Shown piece after piece: positions 1-9,928 of a stretch of 64,000 bases of DNA. The translations under genes were made by a program, and so were the position numbers. Below the pieces are notes generated by a model. It did no database searches, was not told where the DNA came from, and was given only the letters and a program-made list of their open reading frames with translations. Each line of letters begins with the position of its first letter. Position 1 is the first letter of the stretch. The DNA is from an uncultured Gemmatimonadaceae bacterium (GTDB lineage Bacteria > Gemmatimonadota > Gemmatimonadetes > Gemmatimonadales > Gemmatimonadaceae), in contig CAWJMB010000002.1 in NCBI GenBank assembly GCA_963843845.1, forward strand, positions 2,528,001 to 2,592,000, in the 5' to 3' direction.

Positions 1-103
1 GCGATCTCGCGTCGCCCTCGCGACCGCACGACCCCACGTTCCAGCCGACGCCGAGCGACCAGGCGCGCGGCACCGTCACCACACAACCGTCGGAGGCACG
101 CGC

Positions 104-1285
104 ATGAAGGCCTGCTGCTGGCACGGCGTCGAGGATGTGCGCGTCGACGAGGTGCGCGATCCCGAGATCATCAATCCGCGCGACGCGATCGTGCGGGTCA
201 CGTCGACCGCGATCTGCGGCTCCGATCTGCACCTGTACGGCGGCAAGGTGCCGTCGATGAAGAGTGGCGACATCCTCGGACACGAGTTCATGGGCGTCGT
301 CGAGGAAGTCGGGCGAGGCATCTCGTCGAAGGTGCGGGTCGGGGACCGCGTCGTGGTGCCGTTCGGCATCGCGTGCGGGAACTGCTACTACTGTCAGCAC
401 GACCTCTGGTCGATGTGCGACAACTCGAATCCGAACTCGCAGCTGCTCGAGGCGATGAACGGGTACAACGCCTCGGGGCTGTTCGGCTACTCGCACCTGT
501 ACGGCGGGTACGCCGGCGGGCAGGCGCAGTACGTCCGCGTGCCGTTCGCCGATGTCGGGCCGCTGAAGATCGAGAGCGGGATCGAAGACGAGAAAGTCCT
601 CTTCCTGACCGACGTCTTCCCCACCGGCTACCAGGCAGCCGAGCAGTGCGGCATCCGCCCGGGCGACGTCGTCGCCGTGTGGGGGGCCGGCCCCGTCGGC
701 CAGTTCGCCGCCGCGAGCGCGTTCCTGTTGGGCGCCGAGCGCGTCATCGTGATCGACCGCTTTCAGTACCGGCTCGACCGAGCGCAGCAGCTCTGGAACG
801 CGGAGATCCTCAACTACGCGACCGACACCGACGACGTCGTCGAGACGCTGAAGCAGATGACCGGCGGCCGCGGGCCGGACCACGTCATCGACGCGGTCGG
901 GATGGAGGCGCACGGCACCGGCATGTACGCCGAGTACGAGCGCGCGAAGCAGTTCTCGAAGGTGCAGATGGACCGCGCGACGGCGCTCCGCCAGGTCATC
1001 CAGGCGTGCGGCAAGGGCGGTACGGTGAGCCTCCCGGGCGTCTATACCGGCTTCATCGACAAGTTTCCGATGGGGCAGGCGTTCGCCAAAGGGCTCACGT
1101 TCAAGATGGGGCAGACGAACACGCAGAAGTACCTGCGGCCGCTGCTCGAGCGGATCGAGCGCGGCGAGATCGACCCGTCGGGAATCATCACGCATCGGGT
1201 TCGCATCGATGACGCGCCGATGATGTACGAGATCTTCCGCGACAAGCAGGACGACTGCCTCAAGGTCGTGCTGCAGCCGGCCTGA
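104..1285 (+). CDS. Zn-dependent alcohol dehydrogenase (formaldehyde dehydrogenase-like MDR)
   Basis: Intact 393 aa ORF; CGSDLH, GHE, CxxCxxC..C Zn ligands and a GAGPVG Rossmann motif. Confidence 0.9.
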   Translation: MKACCWHGVEDVRVDEVRDPEIINPRDAIVRVTSTAICGSDLHLYGGKVPSMKSGDILGHEFMGVVEEVGRGISSKVRVGDRVVVPFGIACGNCYYCQHDLWSMCDNSNPNSQLLEAMNGYNASGLFGYSHLYGGYAGGQAQYVRVPFADVGPLKIESGIEDEKVLFLTDVFPTGYQAAEQCGIRPGDVVAVWGAGPVGQFAAASAFLLGAERVIVIDRFQYRLDRAQQLWNAEILNYATDTDDVVETLKQMTGGRGPDHVIDAVGMEAHGTGMYAEYERAKQFSKVQMDRATALRQVIQACGKGGTVSLPGVYTGFIDKFPMGQAFAKGLTFKMGQTNTQKYLRPLLERIERGEIDPSGIITHRVRIDDAPMMYEIFRDKQDDCLKVVLQPA

Positions 1286-2066
1286 CGCGCCGCTCCATCC
1301 CGTCGTACGGCCCCGACGTGCCCTCCTCATCGGTCGGCGCGTCGGGGTCGAGCTCGATGAAGCGCACGGGGAGCGCGTCCGGCGCCGACTTCCTGAGCAG
1401 CGGCAGCGCGACGTTGTAGCACGGCGTCCCGTTGGAGAGGTGCCCCTCGGGGGTGCCGTTGTGCGCGTGGCCGTGGAAGACCGCGCTCACTCGATAGCGA
1501 AGCAGCGGCTCTTCGTGGCGGCCGCAGCCGAGCCACGGAAAGATCTCGAGCGGCTCCCCCTCCACCGTCGCGCGGATCGGTGCGTAGTGCAGCAGCGCGA
1601 TCTTCTGCCGCGTGCGCAGCCGGGCGAGCGCCGTCTCGAGCTTGAGCGTCTCCTGCACGGCCTCGTCGACGAACGCCTTCACCGCCTTCTCGCCCCACGA
1701 GCCGAGCACGCCGCGCCCGAATCCGCCGCAGAATCCCTTGGTGCCGGCGAATCCGACGCCGCTCACCTCGTGCGATTCGCCGTCGAGCACGACGATCCCC
1801 GCCTCGCGCAGCGCGTCGGTGACCTGCTCCGGGTGTCCCGCCTCGAAGTCGTGGTTGCCCAACACCGTGATGACCGGGATGCGAATCGCCGACAGCTCCT
1901 TGAGCAACACGCGCGTCTCGTCGGGCGTGCCGTAGTCGGTCAGATCTCCGCAGAGCAGCAGCACGTCGGCGCGCTCGGCGACCTGCGTGAGGATGGGGGC
2001 GAGCGCGCCCTGCGACGTCTTGCTGACGTGCACGTCGCTCATGGCGGCGATACGAACGGTGGGCAT
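1260..2066 (-). CDS. Calcineurin-like metallophosphoesterase
   Basis: Motifs SDVH, CGDLT, GNHD, LLHY, HGHAH; start placed at ATG 2066 (MPTVRIAAMSD) inside ORF 1260..2594. Confidence 0.88.
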   Translation of the reverse strand: MPTVRIAAMSDVHVSKTSQGALAPILTQVAERADVLLLCGDLTDYGTPDETRVLLKELSAIRIPVITVLGNHDFEAGHPEQVTDALREAGIVVLDGESHEVSGVGFAGTKGFCGGFGRGVLGSWGEKAVKAFVDEAVQETLKLETALARLRTRQKIALLHYAPIRATVEGEPLEIFPWLGCGRHEEPLLRYRVSAVFHGHAHNGTPEGHLSNGTPCYNVALPLLRKSAPDALPVRFIELDPDAPTDEEGTSGPYDGMERRVRPAAARP

Positions 2067-2118
2067 AGTCGATGCGAGAGGTCGTGAGCGGTCGTCCACT
2101 TCAACATCCATTCCGCTC

Positions 2119-3054
2119 GTGCCCGCCGACGACATCGAGACTTCGCGCGAGGATGCACCTGTCCGCTCGCGCCCACGACGTCCTCGGCGCGCGCTGCGCG
2201 TCGACGCGCCGATCCCCGATGCCGACCGGCGTCTCACCGAGCGGCCGCCCCCCCGGTACGATCTGGCCTCGCCCGAAGCGCAGGCCGTGTACCGGCGCGT
2301 CATGGAAGCACTGCGCGACGGAGGTGTGCCGTTCATGGTGGGGGGCGCGTACGCCTTCACGCCGATCACCGGCATTCCGCGCTCGACGAAGGACTTCGAC
2401 CTCTTCGTCGCGAAGACGGACATTCGCCGCGCGCTCGGCGTACTGGCCGACGACGGCTTCGCGACCGAGCTCACCTTTCCGCACTGGCTCGGCAAGGCAT
2501 ACTGGGGCGACGACTTCGTCGATCTGATCTTCGGGTCCGGGAACGGCGTCGCGCCGGTCGACGTCGGGTGGTTCGAGTACGCGCTCCGCGGCACCGTGCT
2601 CGGCGTCGACGTCGCGCTGGCGCCGGCGGAGGAGATCCTCTGGTCGAAGGCGTTCGTGCAAGAGCGCGAGCGCTACGATGGTGCCGACGTCATCCACCTT
2701 CTCCGCGCGCGCGCCGAGCGGCTCGACTGGCGACGGGTGCTCGCGCGGTTCGGCGCACACTGGCGCGTGCTGCTGTCGTTCCTCGTGCTCTTCGGGTTCG
2801 TGTATCCCGGCGAGCGGACGCGCGTGCCGGGGTGGGTGATGGATGTGCTCCTGACGCGGTTGCGTCGCGAGCTCGCGCGGGACGCGGACGTCGGGCGACT
2901 GTGCCAGGGAACGGTGCTGTCGCGAGAGCAGTATCTGCCCGACGTGCTCGAGTGGGGATACGCCGACGGACGTGACGTTCGCTCGTCGCCGCAGGGGGGG
3001 ATGAGCGCACACGAGATCGCGCACTGGACCGCGGCGATCGGCCGCGTGAAGTGA
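2119..3054 (+). CDS. Nucleotidyltransferase-family protein (Pol-beta-like GG..DxD)
   Basis: FMVGGAYAF...RSTKDFDLFV...FVDLIF motifs; start uncertain (GTG 2119 chosen within ORF 1987..3054). Confidence 0.75.
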   Translation: MPADDIETSREDAPVRSRPRRPRRALRVDAPIPDADRRLTERPPPRYDLASPEAQAVYRRVMEALRDGGVPFMVGGAYAFTPITGIPRSTKDFDLFVAKTDIRRALGVLADDGFATELTFPHWLGKAYWGDDFVDLIFGSGNGVAPVDVGWFEYALRGTVLGVDVALAPAEEILWSKAFVQERERYDGADVIHLLRARAERLDWRRVLARFGAHWRVLLSFLVLFGFVYPGERTRVPGWVMDVLLTRLRRELARDADVGRLCQGTVLSREQYLPDVLEWGYADGRDVRSSPQGGMSAHEIAHWTAAIGRVK

Positions 3055-3090
3055 TGACGTGCACACCGCGTGGTCACCACGGCCATGCCG

Positions 3091-3149
3091 GGCAGTGCGA
3101 GGGGCCTCGCCGGTAGAGTCGATCTACCAGCGAGGCCCCTCGCACTGCC
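3091..3149. terminator. Long hairpin between convergent genes, probable bidirectional terminator
   Basis: ggcagtgcgaggggcctcgccggtaga / tctaccagcgaggcccctcgcactgcc: 27 bp stem with one mismatch, 5 nt loop. Confidence 0.7.
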
Positions 3150-3171
3150 GGGCACGACGAACGGACGCGAC

Positions 3172-3879
3172 CTAGCCGGGTGGCGCGTCGGCGCGCGGCA
3201 TGTCGCGACGCTCGTTCATCTTGCCGGTGATGGTCGGTGTCCAGCTCACCGGATCGCTCGCCGGGAAGGTCTGCTCGATCTGACGGTCGACGAGCGACTC
3301 CTCGACGGAATCGCTGACGAGCGACAGCAGCTTCTCGGCGAAGTCGGCCGCGTTCGCGCCGCCGCGGCCGGTGACCAGCTTCTGGTCGACGACGACCCCT
3401 TCGTCGACCCACTCGCCGCCCGCGTCACGGACGCTCGCCGCGAGCGACGGATCGGACGTCAGCGTCCGCCCGCGCACCAGCTCCGAGGCCACGAGGAGCG
3501 CGGCCCCGGCGCCGAGTGCGGCGACCGGACGATCATGCTCGACGAACGCCCGGACGAGCTTTCGCACGCGCTCGTCCGCTCCGAAGCGTTTCGCCTCCGC
3601 CGCGGTCGCCGGCAGCACGAGCGCCTGGTAGTCGGAGACCGTGACCGCGTCGACCGACCTGCCCGCCGCCTGCTCGCCCCCTGGCTCGTCGCCGAGCGCA
3701 TCGGCGTCGAGCGACACCAGGTGGACGTCCAGCCCGGCGGCGCGGAACGCGTCGAGCGAGGCACCCAGACCGCCGGTCTCCCCACCGTCCGACGCGAGCG
3801 CGGCGATGCGTCGACCGGAGAGCGATCCGCCGTTCGTGCTCGCCGCAGCGTCCTGTCGCGACGTCGCGCCGTCAGCCAT
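3172..3879 (-). CDS. DJ-1/PfpI (type 1 glutamine amidotransferase-like) protein lacking the catalytic Cys
   Basis: RRIAALASDG, DYQALVLP, DRPVAALGAG, GRTLTS, GGEWVDEGVVVDQKLVTGR follow the PfpI pattern. Confidence 0.8.
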   Translation of the reverse strand: MADGATSRQDAAASTNGGSLSGRRIAALASDGGETGGLGASLDAFRAAGLDVHLVSLDADALGDEPGGEQAAGRSVDAVTVSDYQALVLPATAAEAKRFGADERVRKLVRAFVEHDRPVAALGAGAALLVASELVRGRTLTSDPSLAASVRDAGGEWVDEGVVVDQKLVTGRGGANAADFAEKLLSLVSDSVEESLVDRQIEQTFPASDPVSWTPTITGKMNERRDMPRADAPPG

Positions 3880-4096
3880 CGGAGCCGGTCTCCGCGCGCT
3901 CCTCACGTCGCGCCTTGAGATCCGCGAGCGCCGGGTTCTCGCCGCGGCGCGGAATCATCCCCTCCTTCACCTCGGCGCGCGACTGCGTCAGCTCCTGCTT
4001 CTCCTTCTCGAACAGCTTCTCGTCGCTACGGCTCTGTCCCGGCTCACCGGCCTCTGCCGGGTCGATCGCGTACTGGTCTGGTCGCTTCCCACCCAT
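3872..4096 (-). CDS. Small hydrophilic hypothetical protein (74 aa)
   Basis: MGGKRPDQYAIDP...; GGAGG Shine-Dalgarno 5 nt upstream; stop overlaps the PfpI start. Confidence 0.65.
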   Translation of the reverse strand: MGGKRPDQYAIDPAEAGEPGQSRSDEKLFEKEKQELTQSRAEVKEGMIPRRGENPALADLKARREERAETGSDG

Positions 4097-4228
4097 GATC
4101 GCCTCCACGTTGGCCTCGTTTGAATAGAGGTCACGTTCCGTGCCGTTCCGAAGGTTCGCGCGTCGCGGCGCATTGTGGCGCGCCGTCGACGATTGGGTCG
4201 GCGGGCCAGGACAGGGCATATTGCTTTC

Positions 4229-5302
4229 GTGCCCATTCTTCCGCTGTACGGACATGAGTCGGTCCGCGCGCGGCTGCTCGACGCGATCACGCGCGACGCG
4301 CTGCCGGCGAGTCTGCTGTTCACCGGCCCCCGCGGGGTCGGCAAGCAACGGCTCGCGCTCTGGCTCGCGCAGGCGGTGCTGTGCGAGCGTGCGGACGAGC
4401 GGCCATGCGGCGCCTGTCGAAGCTGCCGCTTCGCGCTCACCCTCACGCACCCGGACCTGCACTGGATCTTCCCGCGCCCGCGCCTGAAGGACAGCGACCC
4501 GACCGTCGCCGACGTGCGAAGCGACTACGCCGAGGCCATCGCCGAGCGCGTGAAGGCGGGTGGCGTGTACGAGGCGCCGCCGGGGAGCGAGGGGCTCTTC
4601 GTCGCGGCGACGCGCGCGATCGTGCAGCTCGCGACGGTGTCACCGGCGATGGCGCGCAAGAAGATCTTCGTCGTCGGCGAGGCGGACCGAATGGTGCCGC
4701 AGGAAGGCGCCGACCAGGCAGCGAATGCCTTCCTCAAGCTGCTGGAGGAGCCGCCGGCCGACACGCTGTTGCTGCTGACGTCGAGCGAGCCGGGCGCGCT
4801 GCTCCCGACGATCCGCTCGCGTGTCGTGTGCGTGCGCGTCGGGCCCCTCCCCGACGCCGACGTTCGCGCCGCGCTCGACGACCCCGCGATGGCTGCCGCC
4901 ATCGGCGGAGCGGCGGACGACGAGCGGGTGCGTGCCGCCGCCGGCGCGCCCGGAACGCTCGTCGGCGCCGAGAGCGGCGCGGCGCGGAAGGACGCGCGCC
5001 GACTCGTGGACGCCGTGACGACCGGAACGCGCGCCGACCTCCTGCGGTTCGCCTTCACGCGCGGCGTGGCAGGCGCGCGCGGGGCGTTCAGCGACATGCT
5101 CGACGAGCTGACGGTCGCACTCCACGCGGTCGCGCGCGACGCGAGCGGCGCCTCGTCGACGCCGGTCGACGAGCGGCGCGCGCTCGGTGCGAGCCGCGCG
5201 ATCGTCGCGGTCGAGGAGGCGAAGGCGCGCGCACACGGCAACGTCAGTCCTCAGCTCACCACGGCGCGCCTCGTGCGCCAGCTCGCGGCGGACCTTCGAT
5301 GA
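4229..5302 (+). CDS. holB: DNA polymerase III subunit delta'
   Basis: [23 protein letters not shown] Zn finger, [25 protein letters not shown]. Confidence 0.88.
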   Translation: MPILPLYGHESVRARLLDAITRDALPASLLFTGPRGVGKQRLALWLAQAVLCERADERPCGACRSCRFALTLTHPDLHWIFPRPRLKDSDPTVADVRSDYAEAIAERVKAGGVYEAPPGSEGLFVAATRAIVQLATVSPAMARKKIFVVGEADRMVPQEGADQAANAFLKLLEEPPADTLLLLTSSEPGALLPTIRSRVVCVRVGPLPDADVRAALDDPAMAAAIGGAADDERVRAAAGAPGTLVGAESGAARKDARRLVDAVTTGTRADLLRFAFTRGVAGARGAFSDMLDELTVALHAVARDASGASSTPVDERRALGASRAIVAVEEAKARAHGNVSPQLTTARLVRQLAADLR

Positions 5303-5796
5303 GCTCCGACCTCACGAAGCTCACGCACGTCGACGACAGCGGCGCCGCGCGGATGGTCGACGTCTCGGCGAAGTCCGAGTCGCGCCGGACGGCCCGCGCG
5401 GGGGGCGTCGTTCGCATGAGCGCGGAGGCGTTCGCGCTCGTGCGCGAGAATCGCATCGCGAAGGGAGACGTGCTGAGCGTCGCGCGCGTTGCCGGGATCA
5501 TGGGCGCGAAGCGGACGGCCGACCTCATCCCGCTCTGCCACCCGCTGCCCCTCGACGCGGTCGACGTCGTCGTCACGCTCGACGACTCGCTGCCTGGCGT
5601 CCGCGTCGAGGCGATCGCGACGACCGTCGCGCGGACGGGAGTCGAGATGGAGGCGCTGACCGCCGTCGGCGTCGCACTCCTCACCGTGTACGACATGGTG
5701 AAAGGCGTCGACAAGTCGCTCGAGATCGGGTCGATCGTGTTGCTCGAGAAGCAGGGCGGCCGGAGCGGCGCGTGGACGCGAACGCAGCCGCGGTGA
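5299..5796 (+). CDS. moaC: Cyclic pyranopterin monophosphate synthase MoaC
   Basis: [43 protein letters not shown] overlap with holB. Confidence 0.95.
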   Translation: MSSDLTKLTHVDDSGAARMVDVSAKSESRRTARAGGVVRMSAEAFALVRENRIAKGDVLSVARVAGIMGAKRTADLIPLCHPLPLDAVDVVVTLDDSLPGVRVEAIATTVARTGVEMEALTAVGVALLTVYDMVKGVDKSLEIGSIVLLEKQGGRSGAWTRTQPR

Positions 5797-6485
5797 GCTA
5801 CGCCTACCGTGGGGACCGCGAGCGCCGACGCCGCCGTCGCCGCCGGCTGCTGATGGGCGCCGCGCTCGCCGCCACGGGGACGCTCGCGGTACGCGACCCT
5901 GCCCCGGCCGTCGCGACGGCGGCGACGGTCCACGCGCCGCTCGCTGCCCTGGTCCGCTCGCGCACGCCCTCGCGAACGCACGCCCCGGTCGCCCGGCTGC
6001 TCGCGACGCCGGACACGTCGCGGACGGTGGAGCGACTCCGACGGTGGAACCGGCTGTACCGGTTCTCGGGACATTACGGCGTCGCGCCCGAGCTGGCGGT
6101 CGCCATCCACGACATCGCGATCGCCGAAGGGATCGATCCGGCGCTCGCCTTCCGCCTCGTGCGGGTCGAGAGCGAGTTCAACGAGCGCGCCACGAGTCCC
6201 GTCGGCGCGGTCGGCCTGACGCAGGTCATGCCGGGCACGGCCCGGTACTACGTGTCCGGGGTGTCGCGAACGCGTCTGTACGACCGGCAGCTCAACCTGC
6301 ACGTCGGCTTTCGCTATCTGCGCGGCCTGATCCGCGAGTACAAGAGCCTGCGTCTCGCCCTGCTGGTCTACAATCGCGGTCCGGTCGCGGTCAAGGCGGC
6401 GCTCGAGCGGGGCGACGACCCGGCCAACGGCTACGAGGAAGTGGTCGCGAAAGGCTACAAGGGGCGCGGCACCGTCGGGCACTGA
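5793..6485 (+). CDS. Lytic transglycosylase (SLT domain)
   Basis: [27 protein letters not shown] motifs; GTGA overlap with moaC. Confidence 0.85.
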   Translation: MSYAYRGDRERRRRRRRRLLMGAALAATGTLAVRDPAPAVATAATVHAPLAALVRSRTPSRTHAPVARLLATPDTSRTVERLRRWNRLYRFSGHYGVAPELAVAIHDIAIAEGIDPALAFRLVRVESEFNERATSPVGAVGLTQVMPGTARYYVSGVSRTRLYDRQLNLHVGFRYLRGLIREYKSLRLALLVYNRGPVAVKAALERGDDPANGYEEVVAKGYKGRGTVGH

Positions 6486-6491
6486 CGCTGC

Positions 6492-7823
6492 CTATCGCAA
6501 CGGCAGCGTGCCCAACGCGCCGCCGTAGTCGGCCACGTCGCGCGCGTACGCGCGGACCGCGCGGGTCGGCGCGCGCAGCTGCTGACCACCGATCACGCGC
6601 CCCTTCCACTTTCCGCTCGTCGCGAGTGCGAGCTGGGGATTGTAGCGGCGCAGCGTCGCCACGCTCACGCCCGCGCGTTCGGCCGCGCCGGCGAGGAGCT
6701 CGCGCTTGCGCGAGACGATCGAGCGGAACGCGACTCGGTCGCTCGCGTCGACGTCGTGGAGCGCGGCGGTGGTGCGCGCCGCGCTCCCCGACGGAACGCG
6801 CACCGTCGTCGCGCCGCCGGGCGGTGTGACGCCGCGCAGGATCTGCGGGTTCAGCGCGAGCAGTTCGTCGCGCGAGATGCGGGCGGCGCCGGCGACGACG
6901 GCGAGTGGCGTCAGCGGTGCGACGCGGACCGTGTCGAACGTGAACTCTCGCTGCGGCCGGACGGCGACGGCGTAGCGCGACGGCTCTTTCGCCACGAGCA
7001 GCGTCGCGATGAGCCTCGGCACGTAGTTCTTCGTCTCCGCGCGGAGGTAGTCGCCTGCGGCGAGCGCGAAGTAGCGGGCGTCGTCGGCCGGCGCCAACGC
7101 GTCGCTCGGCACGGCGGGCGCGAGGTCATCGAGCGCGCGGAGGTGCTCGTCGGCGGCGAGCTGCGTCAGTCCGCGTGCGACACGGGTCTCGCCGCCATTG
7201 TACGCTGCGGCCGCGAGCAACGTCGAGCCGAACTGGGAGTGGAGCCAGCGCAGATTCCGTGCGGCGGCCTGCGTCGCCCGCACGAGGTCGCGCCGCTCGT
7301 CGATCCACCAGTCGACACGCAGTCCGACGTCGCGCGCCGTCCCCGCCATGAACTGCCACATGCCGACTGCGCCGACGCGCGACGTCGCGTCGGGATCGAA
7401 GCCGCTCTCGACGAGCGCGAGGTAGTGCAGATCGTCGGGCAGCCCGGCGTCGCGAAGGGTGCGCCGGATGAACGACTCGTAGCGCGCGCCGCGCTCGAGC
7501 TGCGCCACGAACTCTTCACGCCACGCGCCGGTGAGGCGCGCGACGTAGCGAACGACGCGTTCGTCCTGCTCCCACTCGTGCACGGCGAGTCCGAACTCGA
7601 CGCCCGGCAGGTGCTCGTGCGGCGCTCGCACCGCCGTCGCCCTGGCGGCGGGCGACGCGACCTCCGTCGCGGGAGCGCCTCGCGGCGGGTCAGTCGGCGG
7701 CGCGGCGTGGACCCCGACCGGCGGCGCGGGGCGCGTCGCCGTGGCCGCGCGCGGCGGAGCGTGCGCGCACGCCGCGGTGACGAGGGCGAGCGCGACGGCT
7801 GCCGTCGTCGATCGAGACACCAT
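6492..7823 (-). CDS. MltD-like lytic transglycosylase lipoprotein with degenerate LysM region
   Basis: Lipobox TAAC; ALVESGF, GAVGMWQFM, AAYNGGE, ETKNYVPR, LLALNP. Confidence 0.85.
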   Translation of the reverse strand: MVSRSTTAAVALALVTAACAHAPPRAATATRPAPPVGVHAAPPTDPPRGAPATEVASPAARATAVRAPHEHLPGVEFGLAVHEWEQDERVVRYVARLTGAWREEFVAQLERGARYESFIRRTLRDAGLPDDLHYLALVESGFDPDATSRVGAVGMWQFMAGTARDVGLRVDWWIDERRDLVRATQAAARNLRWLHSQFGSTLLAAAAYNGGETRVARGLTQLAADEHLRALDDLAPAVPSDALAPADDARYFALAAGDYLRAETKNYVPRLIATLLVAKEPSRYAVAVRPQREFTFDTVRVAPLTPLAVVAGAARISRDELLALNPQILRGVTPPGGATTVRVPSGSAARTTAALHDVDASDRVAFRSIVSRKRELLAGAAERAGVSVATLRRYNPQLALATSGKWKGRVIGGQQLRAPTRAVRAYARDVADYGGALGTLPLR

Positions 7824-7838
7824 GCGAGCCCCCGGCCG

Positions 7839-8258
7839 TCAGTCTGCGGAAGGACGCGCGCGCAGACGATTCGTCGCGTTCAGGACGGCGACCGCCGCCG
7901 CGCGCGCGACGTTCTCCTCGTTGCACGCCGCGCCGAGCAGGCGCGCCGGACCGGCGGCCTCACCGATGAGGACGAGTGTCACTGTCTGGTCGAACGCGCG
8001 GAGCGTCTTCGTGCCGGCCACCACGAGGGACGGGAGCGACGGCAGCGCCGAGCGCAGTGCCGCGAGCGCCGCCTCCGCGGCGATGCGCACGTCGCCGGTC
8101 GCCGTCGGTACGTCTTCGAACGTGCCCGTCACGCGGCGCCCGTCCGGGGTATCGAGCGCGACCTCGACCCGCTGCCGGCCGGACGGCGCTCGCTGCACGC
8201 GCACGTCGGTCAACCGCACGCGGGGCGGCCCGGCGACGTCTGTGTCGGGTGCGGACAT
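7839..8258 (-). CDS. Hypothetical protein
   Basis: 139 aa ORF with genome-typical codon use, co-oriented between the cyclase and the transglycosylase. Confidence 0.6.
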   Translation of the reverse strand: MSAPDTDVAGPPRVRLTDVRVQRAPSGRQRVEVALDTPDGRRVTGTFEDVPTATGDVRIAAEAALAALRSALPSLPSLVVAGTKTLRAFDQTVTLVLIGEAAGPARLLGAACNEENVARAAAVAVLNATNRLRARPSAD

Positions 8259-8307
8259 GGCGCAGACGATACGCCATCACCATCACTCCGACAACCGCCC
8301 TCCGCCG

Positions 8308-9609
8308 CTAGGCGACGAGCCGCATCGCCTTCCGCCGACACTTCTCGGCGTAGAGCGCGGCATCCGCGTCGGCGAGGAGCGCCTCGAGCGCAGGCACGCC
8401 GGCGCCCTGCTCGTCGGCGCCGTTCGACGCGCGCGCCGTGCCGACGCTGAGCCGCAGCGTGTACGGCCAGTCCTCGACGAGGGTCACCGTCTCCAGTCGC
8501 CTCGCGATACGCTCGGTCACGGCGTTCGCGATCGTGGCCGGGTCCATCCCGACGCCGTGGACGGCGAACGCCACGAACTCGTCGCCGCCGAGGCGCCCGA
8601 TGACGTCCGACTCGCGGAACGTCGCACGCAGCACGTCCGCGACCGCCCGCAGCGCCTGATCGCCGATCGCGTGGCCGTGGGTGTCGTTGATGCGCTTGAA
8701 GTCGTCCATGTCCATGTAGAACACGAGGACCGGCGCGCCGCGATCGCGCGCGCGTTGCAACGTCTGCTCGGCGATCGTGAGGAATCCACGGCGGTTGTAC
8801 AGGCCGGTCAGCTCGTCGACGAGCGACAGCGAGCGCAGCGCTGCCTCGGTCTGCCGCCGGTCGGTGACGTCGCGCATGACGGACGAGTAGAAGCGCGGCT
8901 GCCCTGCGCCGTCGAGGTGCGCGATGAGCACCTGCTCGACCGGCACCTCGCGCCCGTCGCGCTTGCGAAGCACCGTCTCGCCCCGCCAGATCCCGTCGCG
9001 TACCGCACGTCGCGGGGCAGAGTCGAGCGCGCCGCCGGGAAGGAGCTGCGGCTGGAAGTCGGCGACGGTGATCGTGTAGCACATGTCCGACGCCTCGTGG
9101 TGCGTGAGCCCGAGCATCGCTCGCCCGGCGGCGTTCAGGTACTCGACGCGGCCGTCGACGCCGGTCACGGCGACGATGTCCGGCATCTGCTCCAGGATGG
9201 CCGCGAGCCGCGCCTGCGACAGCGCCGCGCGACGCCGTTCGCTGATGTCGCGCGTCGCGATCGCGAGCCCGTCGGGGATCGGAACGGCGATGACGTGGAG
9301 CCACTGCTCGCCGCCCGAGGCCGACTCGACGTAGCGCTCTTCCTCGATCGACTCGCCGAACTGCGCGACGCGCCGGTAGGCGTCCAGCAGGCCGAGCTCG
9401 CGGTGCATCGGGAACCGGTCGCACAGCGCGGCGCCAGCCAGCTCATCGCGCGTCTCACCGGCGAGCCGCTCGGCGGCCGCATTGACGTCGACGATCGTGA
9501 AGTCGACCACGCGACCCGCCGCGTCGCACACGGCACGCAGAAACACCCACGCGTCAGAGACGGCGTCGAGTGCAGCGCGCTGATACTGTTGGGTCGCGAG
9601 GAAAGTCAC
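8308..9609 (-). CDS. PAS-PAS-GGDEF diguanylate cyclase
   Basis: DELTGLYNRR, DMDDFKRINDTHGH, RESD I-site, intact GGDEF; two PAS-like N-terminal regions. Confidence 0.92.
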   Translation of the reverse strand: MTFLATQQYQRAALDAVSDAWVFLRAVCDAAGRVVDFTIVDVNAAAERLAGETRDELAGAALCDRFPMHRELGLLDAYRRVAQFGESIEEERYVESASGGEQWLHVIAVPIPDGLAIATRDISERRRAALSQARLAAILEQMPDIVAVTGVDGRVEYLNAAGRAMLGLTHHEASDMCYTITVADFQPQLLPGGALDSAPRRAVRDGIWRGETVLRKRDGREVPVEQVLIAHLDGAGQPRFYSSVMRDVTDRRQTEAALRSLSLVDELTGLYNRRGFLTIAEQTLQRARDRGAPVLVFYMDMDDFKRINDTHGHAIGDQALRAVADVLRATFRESDVIGRLGGDEFVAFAVHGVGMDPATIANAVTERIARRLETVTLVEDWPYTLRLSVGTARASNGADEQGAGVPALEALLADADAALYAEKCRRKAMRLVA

Positions 9610-9700
9610 GGGTCGCTCGCCCTTCTCTGAGCGGTGGGAGGACGGGTTGCGCGAATGACGATCCGGTCATCGTCGCGTCACCCGTCGGCGTCCCACTGTG

Positions 9701-9740
9701 ACGAAGCGCCCGGACCGCTGGGCGGCGGCGGGCGCTTCGT
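9701..9740 (-). terminator. Hairpin downstream of the tRNA
   Basis: acgaagcgcccg ... cgggcgcttcgt 12 bp inverted repeat just 3' of tRNA-Lys. Confidence 0.55.
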
Positions 9741-9755
9741 TCGCATCGCGTCACA

Positions 9756-9828
9756 TGATCCCGGTGGGGCTCGAACCCACGACCTACGGATTAAAAGTCC
9801 GCTGCTCTACCAGCTGAGCTACAGGATC
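9756..9828 (-). tRNA. tRNA-Lys (anticodon UUU)
   Basis: Minus strand GATCCTGTAGCTCAGCTGGTAGAGCAGCGGACTTTTAATCCGTAGGTCGTGGGTTCGAGCCCCACCGGGATCA forms a cloverleaf; CCA not encoded. Confidence 0.96.
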
Positions 9829-9928
9829 GCCGAGTACGTCTGCAATCTAATGGACCCGGCGCGCTGCCGAGCGGCCGGCGCGCCGGGTCGCTCGCGTGGG
9901 TGCGGCGGTCGGGGTCGGTGGGGGTCGG

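Noticed and set aside
9756..9828. tRNA-Lys as an island integration site
   Set aside because: No integrase, no duplicated tRNA 3' end and no compositional shift nearby.
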